From: an uncultured Pseudomonadota bacterium
GTDB taxonomy: Bacteria > SAR324 > NAC60-12
Assembly (NCBI GenBank): GCA_913020725.1
Contig: CAJWCD010000050.1
Coordinates: 1 to 22,622 of the forward strand
Direction: 5' to 3'
Length of the DNA stretch: 22,622 nucleotides
The translations under genes and the position numbers were made by a program. The notes beneath the pieces were generated by a model. The model made no database searches. It saw nothing but the letters and a program-made list of their open reading frames with translations, and had not been told where the DNA came from. Below are positions 1 to 8,249 of this stretch, one piece after another (positions within the stretch are counted from its first letter, which is position 1; every line of letters starts with the position of its first letter).

Positions 1-1
1 T

Positions 2-378
2 CAGGCGCAGCAAGTTTGGCTTCACGCAAGCGGACCGGGAGCGGATGGTGCGCATCGAGACCACGCTCCAGATGTTCATGGAATCCACGAATCAGCGTTT
101 TGAGCAGGTGAACCAACGCTTTGCAGAACAGCTATCGTTTTTGAAGATCATCACGGGGATTTTCACGGTGATCATGGTGGCCGCCATCGGCTTTGCATTT
201 TGGGATCGCCCGCACGACCATTTCCAAAGCGAAGGAAGTCACGCTTGAGGCACTGGAGAAACAGGCTGACGGCAAAGAAAATGCGCTGGTGGAACGGGTG
301 GTTGCCGAAGTCCTCCGCCGTTTGGAAGCTCGCAAAGAAACCCCACCCCAAGTTCCTCCGTCGCCTGTGACCGCTTAA
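2..378 (+). pseudogene. Small coiled-coil protein with one TM helix (FTQxDRER...RFEQV...TM...WDRRT type). Truncated at the window edge and split by apparent +1 frameshifts, so either a pseudogene or sequencing errors
   Basis: Frame 3 reads GFTQADRERMVRIETTLQMFMESTNQRFEQVNQRFAEQL, then hydrophobic FLKIITGIFTVIMVAAIGFAF, then WDR. Removing one C from ccc at 209-211 gives WDR-RTTISKAKEVTLEALE..., ending TAA at 376-378 (ORF 193..378). A second extra T in ttt at 15-17 may join upstream QAQQV to GFTQ. Confidence 0.65.
90..131 (+). repeat. Imperfect 21-bp tandem repeat (2 copies) encoding the heptads NQRFEQV / NQRFAEQ
   Basis: aatcagcgttttgagcaggtg (90-110) followed by aaccaacgctttgcagaacag (111-131). 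Confidence 0.55.
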
Positions 379-391
379 CCAGACACCCGGC

Positions 392-2656
392 TCAGCGCAT
401 GATCTTGAATCCGGAACGCCGCACCTCGCGGCGGTCCAGCATGTCGAGGTAGTGGGAGGCGAGTTGGTGGAGGTTTTCTTCCTTGAGTACGAAATCCTCT
501 GGCTGGGTGGTCTGCACCAGTTGTGAGAAGTGCAGCCGCGCCTCAAAGAGGTTCTTACGCTGAAAGGCGATGACTCCGAGGTGGAAGAGCGCGTCCGGTG
601 ATTTGCCTCCCAACTTTATGCTTTGCTGCAAAGCCTTCTCCGCAGCGTCGTTTTCCCCAAGCTCCAGCCGCAACCGTCCCAATTCAATCAAGAGCTCTGC
701 GCGCTCTTCGGGTGTGCGGGTTTCGGTTTCGAGTTCCTGCGTGACGCGCAGCAGGAATTTTCCGGGGTGCATGGAGCGCCCCAGAAATTTTGGAAAGCGC
801 AGGGGGCGGATGTTTGCGAGCCGCTGGGCTTCGTCCTCGCTGATCCGCAGCAGGTGGGCGGTCAGCATTTCCAAGTAGAGTCCGGAGCGGAAGCCAGCGT
901 CCATCTGAAAGCGCAGCGAGGTTCCGCAGTTTTTGCACATCAGCGTGTCCGGCGTCCAGAGGTCATCGTCACTGAAGGGTTGACGCTGCTCGATGGCGTC
1001 CGGATTGTAGTAGAGCAGAGACAGCCCGTAGTGGTAGGCGGTGTGGCAGCGCCCGCAGGGAATGCGGACGCTGAGGGTGTTGCCAACGCCGTGCTGGGCA
1101 GATTCTGCGTTGATACCTTCCGGGAGCGGTTCTCCGTGTGCGGTGCAGAGCAGAAACAACAACTGTCCAACGGCGGCTTCGCCCTCGCGGTGGTGGAGGG
1201 TGAGCGGTGCGATGAAACGCGGGTCCGGGTTGCGTTCGATGAAATCGAAACAGGTGTGGTAATGTTGGTTGATGAGAAAATGAAAATGCGTGATCAGCAA
1301 TTCGACCAACTCCGGAGCGGGATGGCGTGTGAAGAGTTGGAGCGCGTAATCGAGGTGATCGTGTCGAGCTTCAGCGACAAGGGTTTCAAAATGCTGAAGG
1401 TAGCACTCGGCGAGTTGTCGGGAAAGCTCCGGCACCCCAAGCTGCCACGGTTTTGGAAGCAGCGTCGGGAAGGAGCAGGTGCGTGGGTCCGCGGTTCCGG
1501 AGAGCAGCGCCAGCACGGCCTCCTGCGGGGTCAGCGGGGTGTGCGGACGGGCTGCGGCCAGCGTGGCCTTTTGCTCGGCAGTGAGTGGCGTTCGCTTCAG
1601 TAGGTGTTCGGCCAGTTCCCTCAGCAGCTCTGAATCCAGCAAGGGCGCACGGAGCAAGCGCTGCAATTCTGGAAGCTGCGTGGTGGGGGATGCCGCGATT
1701 TGCAGGGCACGGTGCCGCACCAGTGCGATGAGGGGAATTCCGAGCAGCAGCAGCAATTCCTGATTCTGAACGCGGATGATGGCGTCGTCCCAGTTGGAGG
1801 TGATGTGATCCCGGAAGCCCTCCAGCAGCCCCTGCTCCAGCGTGGTGGACGTTGCGGGCGCCAACTGTTTCAGGATGTGTAGAAGTTGATGGAGCAGTCC
1901 GGAATAGTCCGGTGTTTTGAGAAGCTTGTCCGCCTGTTGCAGCAGAGTTTCGGTTTCTACGTCCAGCGCATGTCCGACGGTTTGGGCGACGATCTGTGTG
2001 ACGGTCCGGAAGGTCTCACCTGCCTCTAGCTGCAAGCGCAATAACTCCAAGGTGGGCCGACCTCCGAAAATTTCGGCGAGGTGCTGAATAAACTGGGGAT
2101 CGCTGGTGTGACTGCGGAAGTGGGCATAATGCTCCGTGAGTTGGTAAACCTGTGAGTCTGATTCCACCTGCTTGCACAGTGTCCCGAAGAGGCAGAGCGC
2201 CTTGAGGTGCTGATCGTGGAGTGTGGCGAGGTGCTGCTCCAGCGTCTCCCAGCCTCCGGAATCTTCCAGCAGCAGCAGGTTGTTCACCGCGCACTGGAGG
2301 TCTGGAAGCTGAAGTTCATCATCGTCAAGCAACTGCTCCAACCAGTGCTTGAGGAGATTAGGGAAATTTGGTGGGCAAAGGCTGGTCAGTGCCGTGGCGC
2401 AGGCACGGCGCAATTCTCCTGCACTGCGGCTGAACCAACCGAGCAGTGGAAAGGTAAAGCGTTCCAGCCGCTGACGGCCAATCAGGTAAACCCCCGCCTC
2501 GCGAACGTCCTCTAGTTCCGATTTTAACAGTGTGCCCGCAAACTCGTCAGCGTGGTCCTGACAGTGTTCAAGAAGCTGGTAGGTCGCCCACCTCCGGAGC
2601 CGTTCAGAGGGTTGTTCCAGCAGTACGAGCAGTTGAGATGGCTTGAGGATTTGCAT
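392..2656 (-). CDS. Uncharacterised ~754-aa alpha-solenoid protein: N-terminal HEAT-like repeats, CxxC...CxxC zinc-ribbon-like module, C-terminal TPRs
   Basis: The ORF track gives 392..2761. ATG 2656 (MQILKPSQLL) is preferred because the longer start overlaps the divergent gene. HEAT-like motifs: LRRWATYQL, VREAGVYLIG, LRRACATALT. Cys pairs: CGRC and CKNC. TPR-like: LLIELGRLRLELGENDAAEKALQQSIKL and DALFHLGVIAFQRKNLFEARLHFSQLV. Confidence 0.8.
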   Translation of the reverse strand: MQILKPSQLLVLLEQPSERLRRWATYQLLEHCQDHADEFAGTLLKSELEDVREAGVYLIGRQRLERFTFPLLGWFSRSAGELRRACATALTSLCPPNFPNLLKHWLEQLLDDDELQLPDLQCAVNNLLLLEDSGGWETLEQHLATLHDQHLKALCLFGTLCKQVESDSQVYQLTEHYAHFRSHTSDPQFIQHLAEIFGGRPTLELLRLQLEAGETFRTVTQIVAQTVGHALDVETETLLQQADKLLKTPDYSGLLHQLLHILKQLAPATSTTLEQGLLEGFRDHITSNWDDAIIRVQNQELLLLLGIPLIALVRHRALQIAASPTTQLPELQRLLRAPLLDSELLRELAEHLLKRTPLTAEQKATLAAARPHTPLTPQEAVLALLSGTADPRTCSFPTLLPKPWQLGVPELSRQLAECYLQHFETLVAEARHDHLDYALQLFTRHPAPELVELLITHFHFLINQHYHTCFDFIERNPDPRFIAPLTLHHREGEAAVGQLLFLLCTAHGEPLPEGINAESAQHGVGNTLSVRIPCGRCHTAYHYGLSLLYYNPDAIEQRQPFSDDDLWTPDTLMCKNCGTSLRFQMDAGFRSGLYLEMLTAHLLRISEDEAQRLANIRPLRFPKFLGRSMHPGKFLLRVTQELETETRTPEERAELLIELGRLRLELGENDAAEKALQQSIKLGGKSPDALFHLGVIAFQRKNLFEARLHFSQLVQTTQPEDFVLKEENLHQLASHYLDMLDRREVRRSGFKIMR

Positions 2657-2705
2657 ACGCTTCGTATGATCAGACCAGACTAGCAACCCTCGACCGGGAT
2701 CATTC

Positions 2706-3983
2706 ATGGCAAGTCGAGACACCGTAGGGCAACAATCCTGTGATTCCTGCGGGAGAAGCATAGCCCGTGCCGTGCTGCTTGCAGCGTTCGGCCTAGTGTT
2801 CGGTGGGCTTCCGGCCTACGCGTTTGACGGAGCGCGTCAGATTTCGAAATCCTACCTCAATCCGGAAAACTTCCTCGACCTCCAAGCTTACAGTTTCAGC
2901 AAACGCGAGGACGATCTTTGGTACGAAGCCGACAACGGCTGGCGTTCCGGAGGCGGCAGCCTCGGGCTGGACCTGCTCTACCTGCTGCTGGAGGTGAAAT
3001 TGCGGCATCCACTTTCAGAATCGTGGAGCGTTGGTTTCGAGTTGGAACAGGAGGAGTTTTACGAAATTAAACCGCTCAACTATCTCGTTGAGGTCGAGTG
3101 GCGTCCGCAAGTGTGGCTTGGGGTTGCTTTTGTCGGAATGCCGGAGTACGACAAGCGCCATGTCGATGAGGGACTGGGGATCACGCTGGGGCGCCAACCG
3201 TGGGATTTTCTGCGCTACCGCCACGTCCTGCACGATCTCTACTACAACGAGAAGAACTTCTACGACAATTCCACCTACGACGCCCATCCGGTGGAGGATG
3301 TCTGGGAAGGTTCTGTGCGTTGGGAAAAGTGGCGACTGCGGGGGGAGCGCACGGAGGTACGCCCGTTCACCCAGCGTTTTCCAGCCGAACAACTGACCTT
3401 CAAATCGTCCTCCGTGGAAACCGTGCTGGTACTGGACTGGCAGCGATCTCCGGAGCAGTTGCTTGGTGTGACCGTCAAGAGCTTTGACGTTCGCAAGTTG
3501 CGGAAAGCTCCAAACACCACCGTCCGGGCCGACAATCGTCGCCAACGCCTGCGTTATGAATCGCTGAACTTCTACGGACTCCAGCCGTTCAATCCGGACT
3601 GGCATGGCACCTTCGGGTTGCGCTGGGATTGGTTTCGCAATGAATTCCGTGACCTCGTGGACGGGCACGACAGCGAAGATTTTTCGCTGAAGTCGCTCCA
3701 GCTTTACAGCGAACTGCGGCAGACGAATTCCCCGACCACGTCTTGGGAGTATGGACTCTATGCCGCCGATGTTGTCAAAAGGGTCGCCAGCGTTCCCGCC
3801 GCCGCAACGGACAAGCTTGACAAGAAAGTTGAGATCAAACTGCGCGTGAGTTGGCAGGTGGGGCAAGTGGACGATCAGGGCGCGTTGCGGCTCATCTCGA
3901 CATGGGACGTTGACGGCTTTTCGCCCAGCAACTTCCTCGGCATTTGGGACGGAGGCAGCATGACCTACCAACACACTTTCTGA
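2706..3983 (+). CDS. Hypothetical exported protein, probable outer-membrane beta-barrel
   Basis: 425-aa ORF with a signal-peptide-like segment (VLLAAFGLVFGGLPAYA|FD). Many aromatic-rich alternating strands (WSVGFEL, YLVEVEWRP, WHGTFGLRWDWF, WEYGLY) and a C-terminal MTYQHTF ending in Phe, as in BAM beta-signals. Start codon uncertain. Confidence 0.7.
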   Translation: MASRDTVGQQSCDSCGRSIARAVLLAAFGLVFGGLPAYAFDGARQISKSYLNPENFLDLQAYSFSKREDDLWYEADNGWRSGGGSLGLDLLYLLLEVKLRHPLSESWSVGFELEQEEFYEIKPLNYLVEVEWRPQVWLGVAFVGMPEYDKRHVDEGLGITLGRQPWDFLRYRHVLHDLYYNEKNFYDNSTYDAHPVEDVWEGSVRWEKWRLRGERTEVRPFTQRFPAEQLTFKSSSVETVLVLDWQRSPEQLLGVTVKSFDVRKLRKAPNTTVRADNRRQRLRYESLNFYGLQPFNPDWHGTFGLRWDWFRNEFRDLVDGHDSEDFSLKSLQLYSELRQTNSPTTSWEYGLYAADVVKRVASVPAAATDKLDKKVEIKLRVSWQVGQVDDQGALRLISTWDVDGFSPSNFLGIWDGGSMTYQHTF

Positions 3984-6761
3984 TTATGCTGCCAACAGTC
4001 GCAGGGTGGCCTCGTGCTGGCGTTGAGTGCGCTGTTCCTCCGATTCGGCAGAGGGTGGGGTGTCCGGAGTGATCTCAAAAAGCTGCTGGCCCCGTGTGAC
4101 AATCACTCCGGCGTTGCCCTTCACACAGAGTGTGCGGATGGTTCCGGCGAATTCAGCACGGATGGGATTGAACATTTTCATCACCTCCAGCAGCCCCAGT
4201 GTGTCGCCAATTTCCACATGATCGCCTGCTTGCACATAGGATTTGCTCTCCGGCGTCTCGCGGGCGTAAAAGGTGCCTCCGGTCCAGGCCAACACCTCAT
4301 CGCTGTTGGCGGGTGGTGGTGGTGCGAGTGTGGTGACGTAACCTGCCGAAAGCTCGGCGTCTAGAAATTCTTCCGGAACATTCACATCGAGTTGGTCGTT
4401 GCTGAGGAAATCATCATAGCCCGTTTCATGGCCCAACAGTGCGGGAAGCCGTGTCAGTTCCATGCCTAATTGAAAACCGTGGTGCGCTGCCCGCACTGCT
4501 CCCCAAAGCGCCTGCCCTTCGCCAGCAAGTGCAAAGCTGCCGGGCGCGGAATCCTGCTTTAGCAATTCGGTCAGAGTAAACCAGTCGAGATCGGGTTGCC
4601 CCAGTCGAGTGCGGAGGTCGCGGTAGAAGTCGAGTCCGCGTTGGAGCAGGGCTTGGTCATCCGGCCAAATCTGCTCGCTGGGCGGCGTGTCCGGATGCTC
4701 TTCCAGCCGCAGGTAGTGGTAGAGGTCGGCCAGCACCTCCACGGGATTGCGCCGCCACTGAAATTCAATCTCGACCAGCCAACGCCGCTGTGGACGCGGA
4801 GCAAGCCAGCCCATCAGCAGGTGAGCATTGCCGAAGAGCCGTTTGAGGGGGCGCAGGAGTAGTGTTTGTTTCTGTTCGCAAAGTGCAACGCCGTTCGGAC
4901 CCCATTGCTCCTGAATCTGCTGGAGGTTGTGCTGCCACGCCGTGGCAAGGCTGAGTTCGTTGGCCTGTTGTTGGAGCTTTCCGGCAAGGGCGAGGTAGGC
5001 CTGCACAAAGCGCGTGTTGGGCTTGACCATTGGATCGTGCCCGAGCATCCAGTGGAGCAGTCCGTAGTGGAAATCGAGGTTGAGGTGCAGGTCGCTGCCG
5101 CGCACTTCCATCGTCCGCAGGATTTCCACCAGTCTTTCAAAACTCTCCCGGCGCGAGGAACCGTGGGTGACAGAGAGCGAGACATTGGAATCGTAGGCAC
5201 CGGCGAGGTGGTAGGGCTGGAAAAGCCCGGTGTCCGGATTACGCAAGCCGATGCCCTGATCGTCACGATGTTCGGAAGCGGTGGGCGATGACCAGTGCCG
5301 GAGGATGCCCCCGGCGTGAGGTTTGAGCGCGGGGTTGGTCGCGTTGATGCGAGCTTCGACTCCGGAAGTGTAACGCGGAATGCGGGCAGGCTTGGGCAAC
5401 TTCGCACCGTGACACGCGATCAGGAGCATCGCCGCGACGAGTGATTCGCAGAGGAACGAATCTTCTGGATCGTCCGGGTTCGTGAAGCGTAAGGAATACG
5501 CCATTTCCGTGACGCGATGCTCAACCTGAATGCGCGTGTTGACCTCCATGAAGTAGTGGCGGTCGCCTTCAATGATGCACTCAAAGGTCGAGGCGGAATC
5601 CAGCCGCAGGGCTTCCCCGAAATCCACCGCTTGTCCGCACATCGTCCGCAGAGTGGCAAGGTCGGCTCGCAGCACTGCGGCTTTTTTGGTGTTTCCGGCG
5701 GCTTCGTATTCGGTGATTGCGGCTTCCAGCAATTCCTCCGTGAGCGAGACTTCCAGCAGCTTCTGCTCGTGCATTTGCAGGGAGCAGTCACGCCCGCCGA
5801 GTTCCACGCACCAAATTCCGTTGCCCAACAACTGCACCTCGTTGTGGCGCGTGTTTTCGATGTTGAGTTCCACAAGAAAATTCTTGTTGTCGCCGACTCC
5901 GGTGGCCTTTGCTTCGAGCAACACCCCCATGACCGCGTCCCGCACCTCTTCCGGATTCGAGACCACGCGCTGGCCCTTGCCGCCGCCGCCGCCGATGTGC
6001 TTGAGACGGATGCGTCGTCCGGGGTTGCCTGCCCAAATCTCGACCGCGCAACGCTCCGTTTCCTGAATCAAATCTTCGGTGGAAAAGAGATCAACGCGCT
6101 TGCGGTACGCCGCCTGAAGCACGGCCTCGGCCTGCTCAAGCGGTTCTGTGGAAAGCCACTGTTCCGGAAACTCTAGGCCGTGTTGCTGAGCGCTTTGTTG
6201 GAGGTGAACCTGGGGAGCATTTCCAGCTTTTCGCAACAAGGTGCGGGCGCTGATGCGATCCTCTCCGGGCGTGACCGAAACCTCGAGCTTGCGAGCGAGT
6301 TGCTTGGCTTCGTCCTTCGCTCCCGCCTGTCGGATCACGGAAGAGTTGGGGCCGACGAAGACGAGTCCGGCATCCTCAACACGCTGCACGAACTCAGCAT
6401 CTTCTGCCATGAAACCGTAGCCCGCGAACAAGTGCGTGTAGCCGTTTGCGGTGCCGATGCGCACGATTTCGTCCATGCGCACCAGACGCTCCTCACGAGA
6501 CGCACCCATGTAATCCGGAACATGATGAACCTGCGCCTGCCGGTTTTTCAGCCGCCGCAGTTCCGGAGCCAGCGTTTGCGGATAGAGGATGCTGTCCTTT
6601 TCCGAAAGCAGGATGCCGCACTGCGCCCCCAGCGATTCGAAGCACTCGATGGCCTCCAGCCGGATTGGCCCCCGGCAGACGATGAGGCACTTGATGTGAG
6701 CAAAGCGGAATTGGCCCTGCCATGTGCTTTCGGGAGCAAAGGAGATCGTATCGGACATCAT
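3984..6761 (-). CDS. Biotin carboxylase fused to a C-terminal biotin carboxyl carrier domain (acyl-CoA carboxylase alpha-type subunit, ~925 aa)
   Basis: ATP-grasp BC motifs AGYGFMAED, GGGGGKG, RHNEVQ, RDCSLQ, FMEVNTRIQVEH and EARINA. Biotinylation motif EVMKM, preceded by GTFY...YVQAGDHV. Likely start ATG 6761 or 6758 (MMSDT); the ORF track start is 6800. Confidence 0.9.
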   Translation of the reverse strand: MMSDTISFAPESTWQGQFRFAHIKCLIVCRGPIRLEAIECFESLGAQCGILLSEKDSILYPQTLAPELRRLKNRQAQVHHVPDYMGASREERLVRMDEIVRIGTANGYTHLFAGYGFMAEDAEFVQRVEDAGLVFVGPNSSVIRQAGAKDEAKQLARKLEVSVTPGEDRISARTLLRKAGNAPQVHLQQSAQQHGLEFPEQWLSTEPLEQAEAVLQAAYRKRVDLFSTEDLIQETERCAVEIWAGNPGRRIRLKHIGGGGGKGQRVVSNPEEVRDAVMGVLLEAKATGVGDNKNFLVELNIENTRHNEVQLLGNGIWCVELGGRDCSLQMHEQKLLEVSLTEELLEAAITEYEAAGNTKKAAVLRADLATLRTMCGQAVDFGEALRLDSASTFECIIEGDRHYFMEVNTRIQVEHRVTEMAYSLRFTNPDDPEDSFLCESLVAAMLLIACHGAKLPKPARIPRYTSGVEARINATNPALKPHAGGILRHWSSPTASEHRDDQGIGLRNPDTGLFQPYHLAGAYDSNVSLSVTHGSSRRESFERLVEILRTMEVRGSDLHLNLDFHYGLLHWMLGHDPMVKPNTRFVQAYLALAGKLQQQANELSLATAWQHNLQQIQEQWGPNGVALCEQKQTLLLRPLKRLFGNAHLLMGWLAPRPQRRWLVEIEFQWRRNPVEVLADLYHYLRLEEHPDTPPSEQIWPDDQALLQRGLDFYRDLRTRLGQPDLDWFTLTELLKQDSAPGSFALAGEGQALWGAVRAAHHGFQLGMELTRLPALLGHETGYDDFLSNDQLDVNVPEEFLDAELSAGYVTTLAPPPPANSDEVLAWTGGTFYARETPESKSYVQAGDHVEIGDTLGLLEVMKMFNPIRAEFAGTIRTLCVKGNAGVIVTRGQQLFEITPDTPPSAESEEQRTQRQHEATLRLLAA

Positions 6762-6817
6762 GGTTTCACAAAAAAGACAGTGGTTCGCGGGGAGTGCCAC
6801 GTTCCAAGCAGGCTCCG

Positions 6818-6846
6818 AAGATGGCCGATGTCTGGGGCAGGTTCAA
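6818..6846 (-). promoter_or_regulatory. Possible internal sigma70-type promoter for the biotin carboxylase
   Basis: The minus strand reads TTGAAC-17 nt-CATCTT in the 125-bp gap upstream of the gene. The -10 box matches only 3/6. Confidence 0.25.
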
Positions 6847-6886
6847 GCTGTCCGCGCAAAAAGCGGGTCCTGCTGGAGACTGACGC

Positions 6887-7774
6887 TCACTCGTCCGGAG
6901 CGTCCGGAGCGCGCACTTGATTCTGGATGGGGGGCAGCGAAAGCACATATTCCGCCAGCGCCTCGCGATCTTCCGGAGGCAACCGTGCGTAGAACTCCAC
7001 CGCCTCGCCCATCAAGCCGCCAATGAAATCACCGTCCGGCAACATGCCTGTTTCCAGCAGATAGGCAAGGTCATCCGCCGACCACTGGCCAATTCCGGTT
7101 TCGGCATCCGGCGTGATGTTCGGAGCCAACTCCCCTTCCGGCCCTTCGCGTGAACCGGCGTAAGGCCAGTCGGGTTTCAAGGCACCCAGCAGGTTGCGCG
7201 GCGTGTGGCACTCCCCGCAGTGCGCGACCGCTTCGGCAAGGTAGCGCCCACGGTGCCAGTTTTCTGACTTTTCGGAATCCGGAAGTAGCCGATCCGGGCC
7301 GAAATTCACGAGCTTCCAGCCCCATGCACTGAGCCGCAGATTAAAGGGAAACCAGACGTCGTGAGGGCGATTGGACTGTGCGACCGCAGCTTGCGTGAAG
7401 AGGTAGTCCTTGAGGTGCAGCACATCCGTCTCGGTCATTTTCGAGAAGGAGGTGTAGGGAAACACCGGGAAATAATGCGAACCGTCCGGAGCCACGCCTT
7501 CGCGCATGGCCCGTAGAAAATCAAGGTTGCTCCAGCGGCCAATCCCGGTTTCCGGATCAGGCGTGATGTTGGAGGAGAAGTAGATGCCGAAGGGTGTTTT
7601 CAGCGGACGCCCTCCGGAGAGGGGCTGGCCGTTTTCGGCGGTGTGGCAACCGCAACCCCCGGAGGCGTTGAAGATGCGCTCGCCTGCAATGGGGTTGGGA
7701 GTGCGGGCATGGAGTCCGCTCACGAGCAAGAGGGCCACGCTCGCCAACCCCCAGCGGAACAGGTGAGGGATCAA
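6887..7774 (-). CDS. Diheme c-type cytochrome, CycG / alcohol-gluconate dehydrogenase cytochrome-subunit-like
   Basis: Signal-like N-terminus. Heme site 1 GGCGCHT, heme site 2 AHCGECHTPRN. Family motifs LSGGRPLKTPFG, two NITPDxETGIGxWS, HYFPVFPYTSF, RGRYL and GGLM. TTG at 7774 overlaps the upstream TGA (TTGA); the ORF track start is 7810. Confidence 0.88.
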   Translation of the reverse strand: MIPHLFRWGLASVALLLVSGLHARTPNPIAGERIFNASGGCGCHTAENGQPLSGGRPLKTPFGIYFSSNITPDPETGIGRWSNLDFLRAMREGVAPDGSHYFPVFPYTSFSKMTETDVLHLKDYLFTQAAVAQSNRPHDVWFPFNLRLSAWGWKLVNFGPDRLLPDSEKSENWHRGRYLAEAVAHCGECHTPRNLLGALKPDWPYAGSREGPEGELAPNITPDAETGIGQWSADDLAYLLETGMLPDGDFIGGLMGEAVEFYARLPPEDREALAEYVLSLPPIQNQVRAPDAPDE

Positions 7775-8229
7775 TCCCTGCGCCGGAACTGCTGATGGCA
7801 ACCCTTGCAAGCTTTGCCGATCGCACCGACTTTTCCCCGGATCGCCTTCACGTTTCCGGAGCGCACAGTCTCGGCCAAGTCAGCACTCGCGTCTTCCAGA
7901 CGCTTTGCGGCTTTACGGAAATCCTCCGGATGTTTCCAAACCTCTGGTTTCGCCGCCGTTTTCACTGCGGTTTCCCCAAACCCTGTCCCTGCGGGAAAGA
8001 GTCCCGGCAGGAGGTGAGCCATTCGTTGGAGCGCCTCGGCGTGGTCAATGATGTGCCCGGTGTACTCGTTTAGCCGCCCCCGCAGGATTCTGGAAACGGC
8101 ACCCATGTGCCCCTTCATCGAGGAATAGACTGCCTTGCGGTACTTGATGAAGTCGGCATTGCGGTCGGCGTGCAGCGTGGCAGGAGCGAGCAACAAAATG
8201 CTGGCGAGCATCAGCAGCGTTCGTTTCAT
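7771..8229 (-). CDS. Class II cytochrome c (cytochrome c' / c556 family)
   Basis: Signal peptide MKRTLLMLASILLLAPATLHA, then YRKAVY, LFPAGT, TAAKPEVW, and a single C-terminal CKGCH followed by FR. Confidence 0.92.
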   Translation of the reverse strand: MKRTLLMLASILLLAPATLHADRNADFIKYRKAVYSSMKGHMGAVSRILRGRLNEYTGHIIDHAEALQRMAHLLPGLFPAGTGFGETAVKTAAKPEVWKHPEDFRKAAKRLEDASADLAETVRSGNVKAIRGKVGAIGKACKGCHQQFRRRD

Positions 8230-8249
8230 GGTGAGTCTGTGGTTGGGGC

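Noticed and set aside
1030..1056. CGRCH in the HEAT/TPR protein as a c-type heme motif
   Set aside because: The protein has no export signal and a second CxxC (CKNC) follows, so a zinc ribbon explains it better.
623..1603. 326-aa plus-strand ORF
   Set aside because: Entirely antisense to the HEAT/TPR gene and has no recognisable motifs. Long shadow ORFs are expected in GC-rich coding DNA.
2657..2761. N-terminal extension of the 789-aa ORF overlapping the divergent gene
   Set aside because: A head-to-head coding overlap is unlikely, and ATG 2656 gives a clean domain start.
3015..3974. 319-aa minus-strand ORF covering most of the beta-barrel gene
   Set aside because: Antisense shadow. The plus-strand ORF has the signal peptide and terminal Phe, while this one has no protein-like features.
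6785..6801. TGGCAC on the minus strand as a sigma54 -24 box
   Set aside because: No TTGC/GC at the required -12 spacing.
6894..6911. Tandem tccggagcg x2
   Set aside because: Encodes the low-complexity cytochrome tail (RAPDAPDE). Two short copies are not significant.
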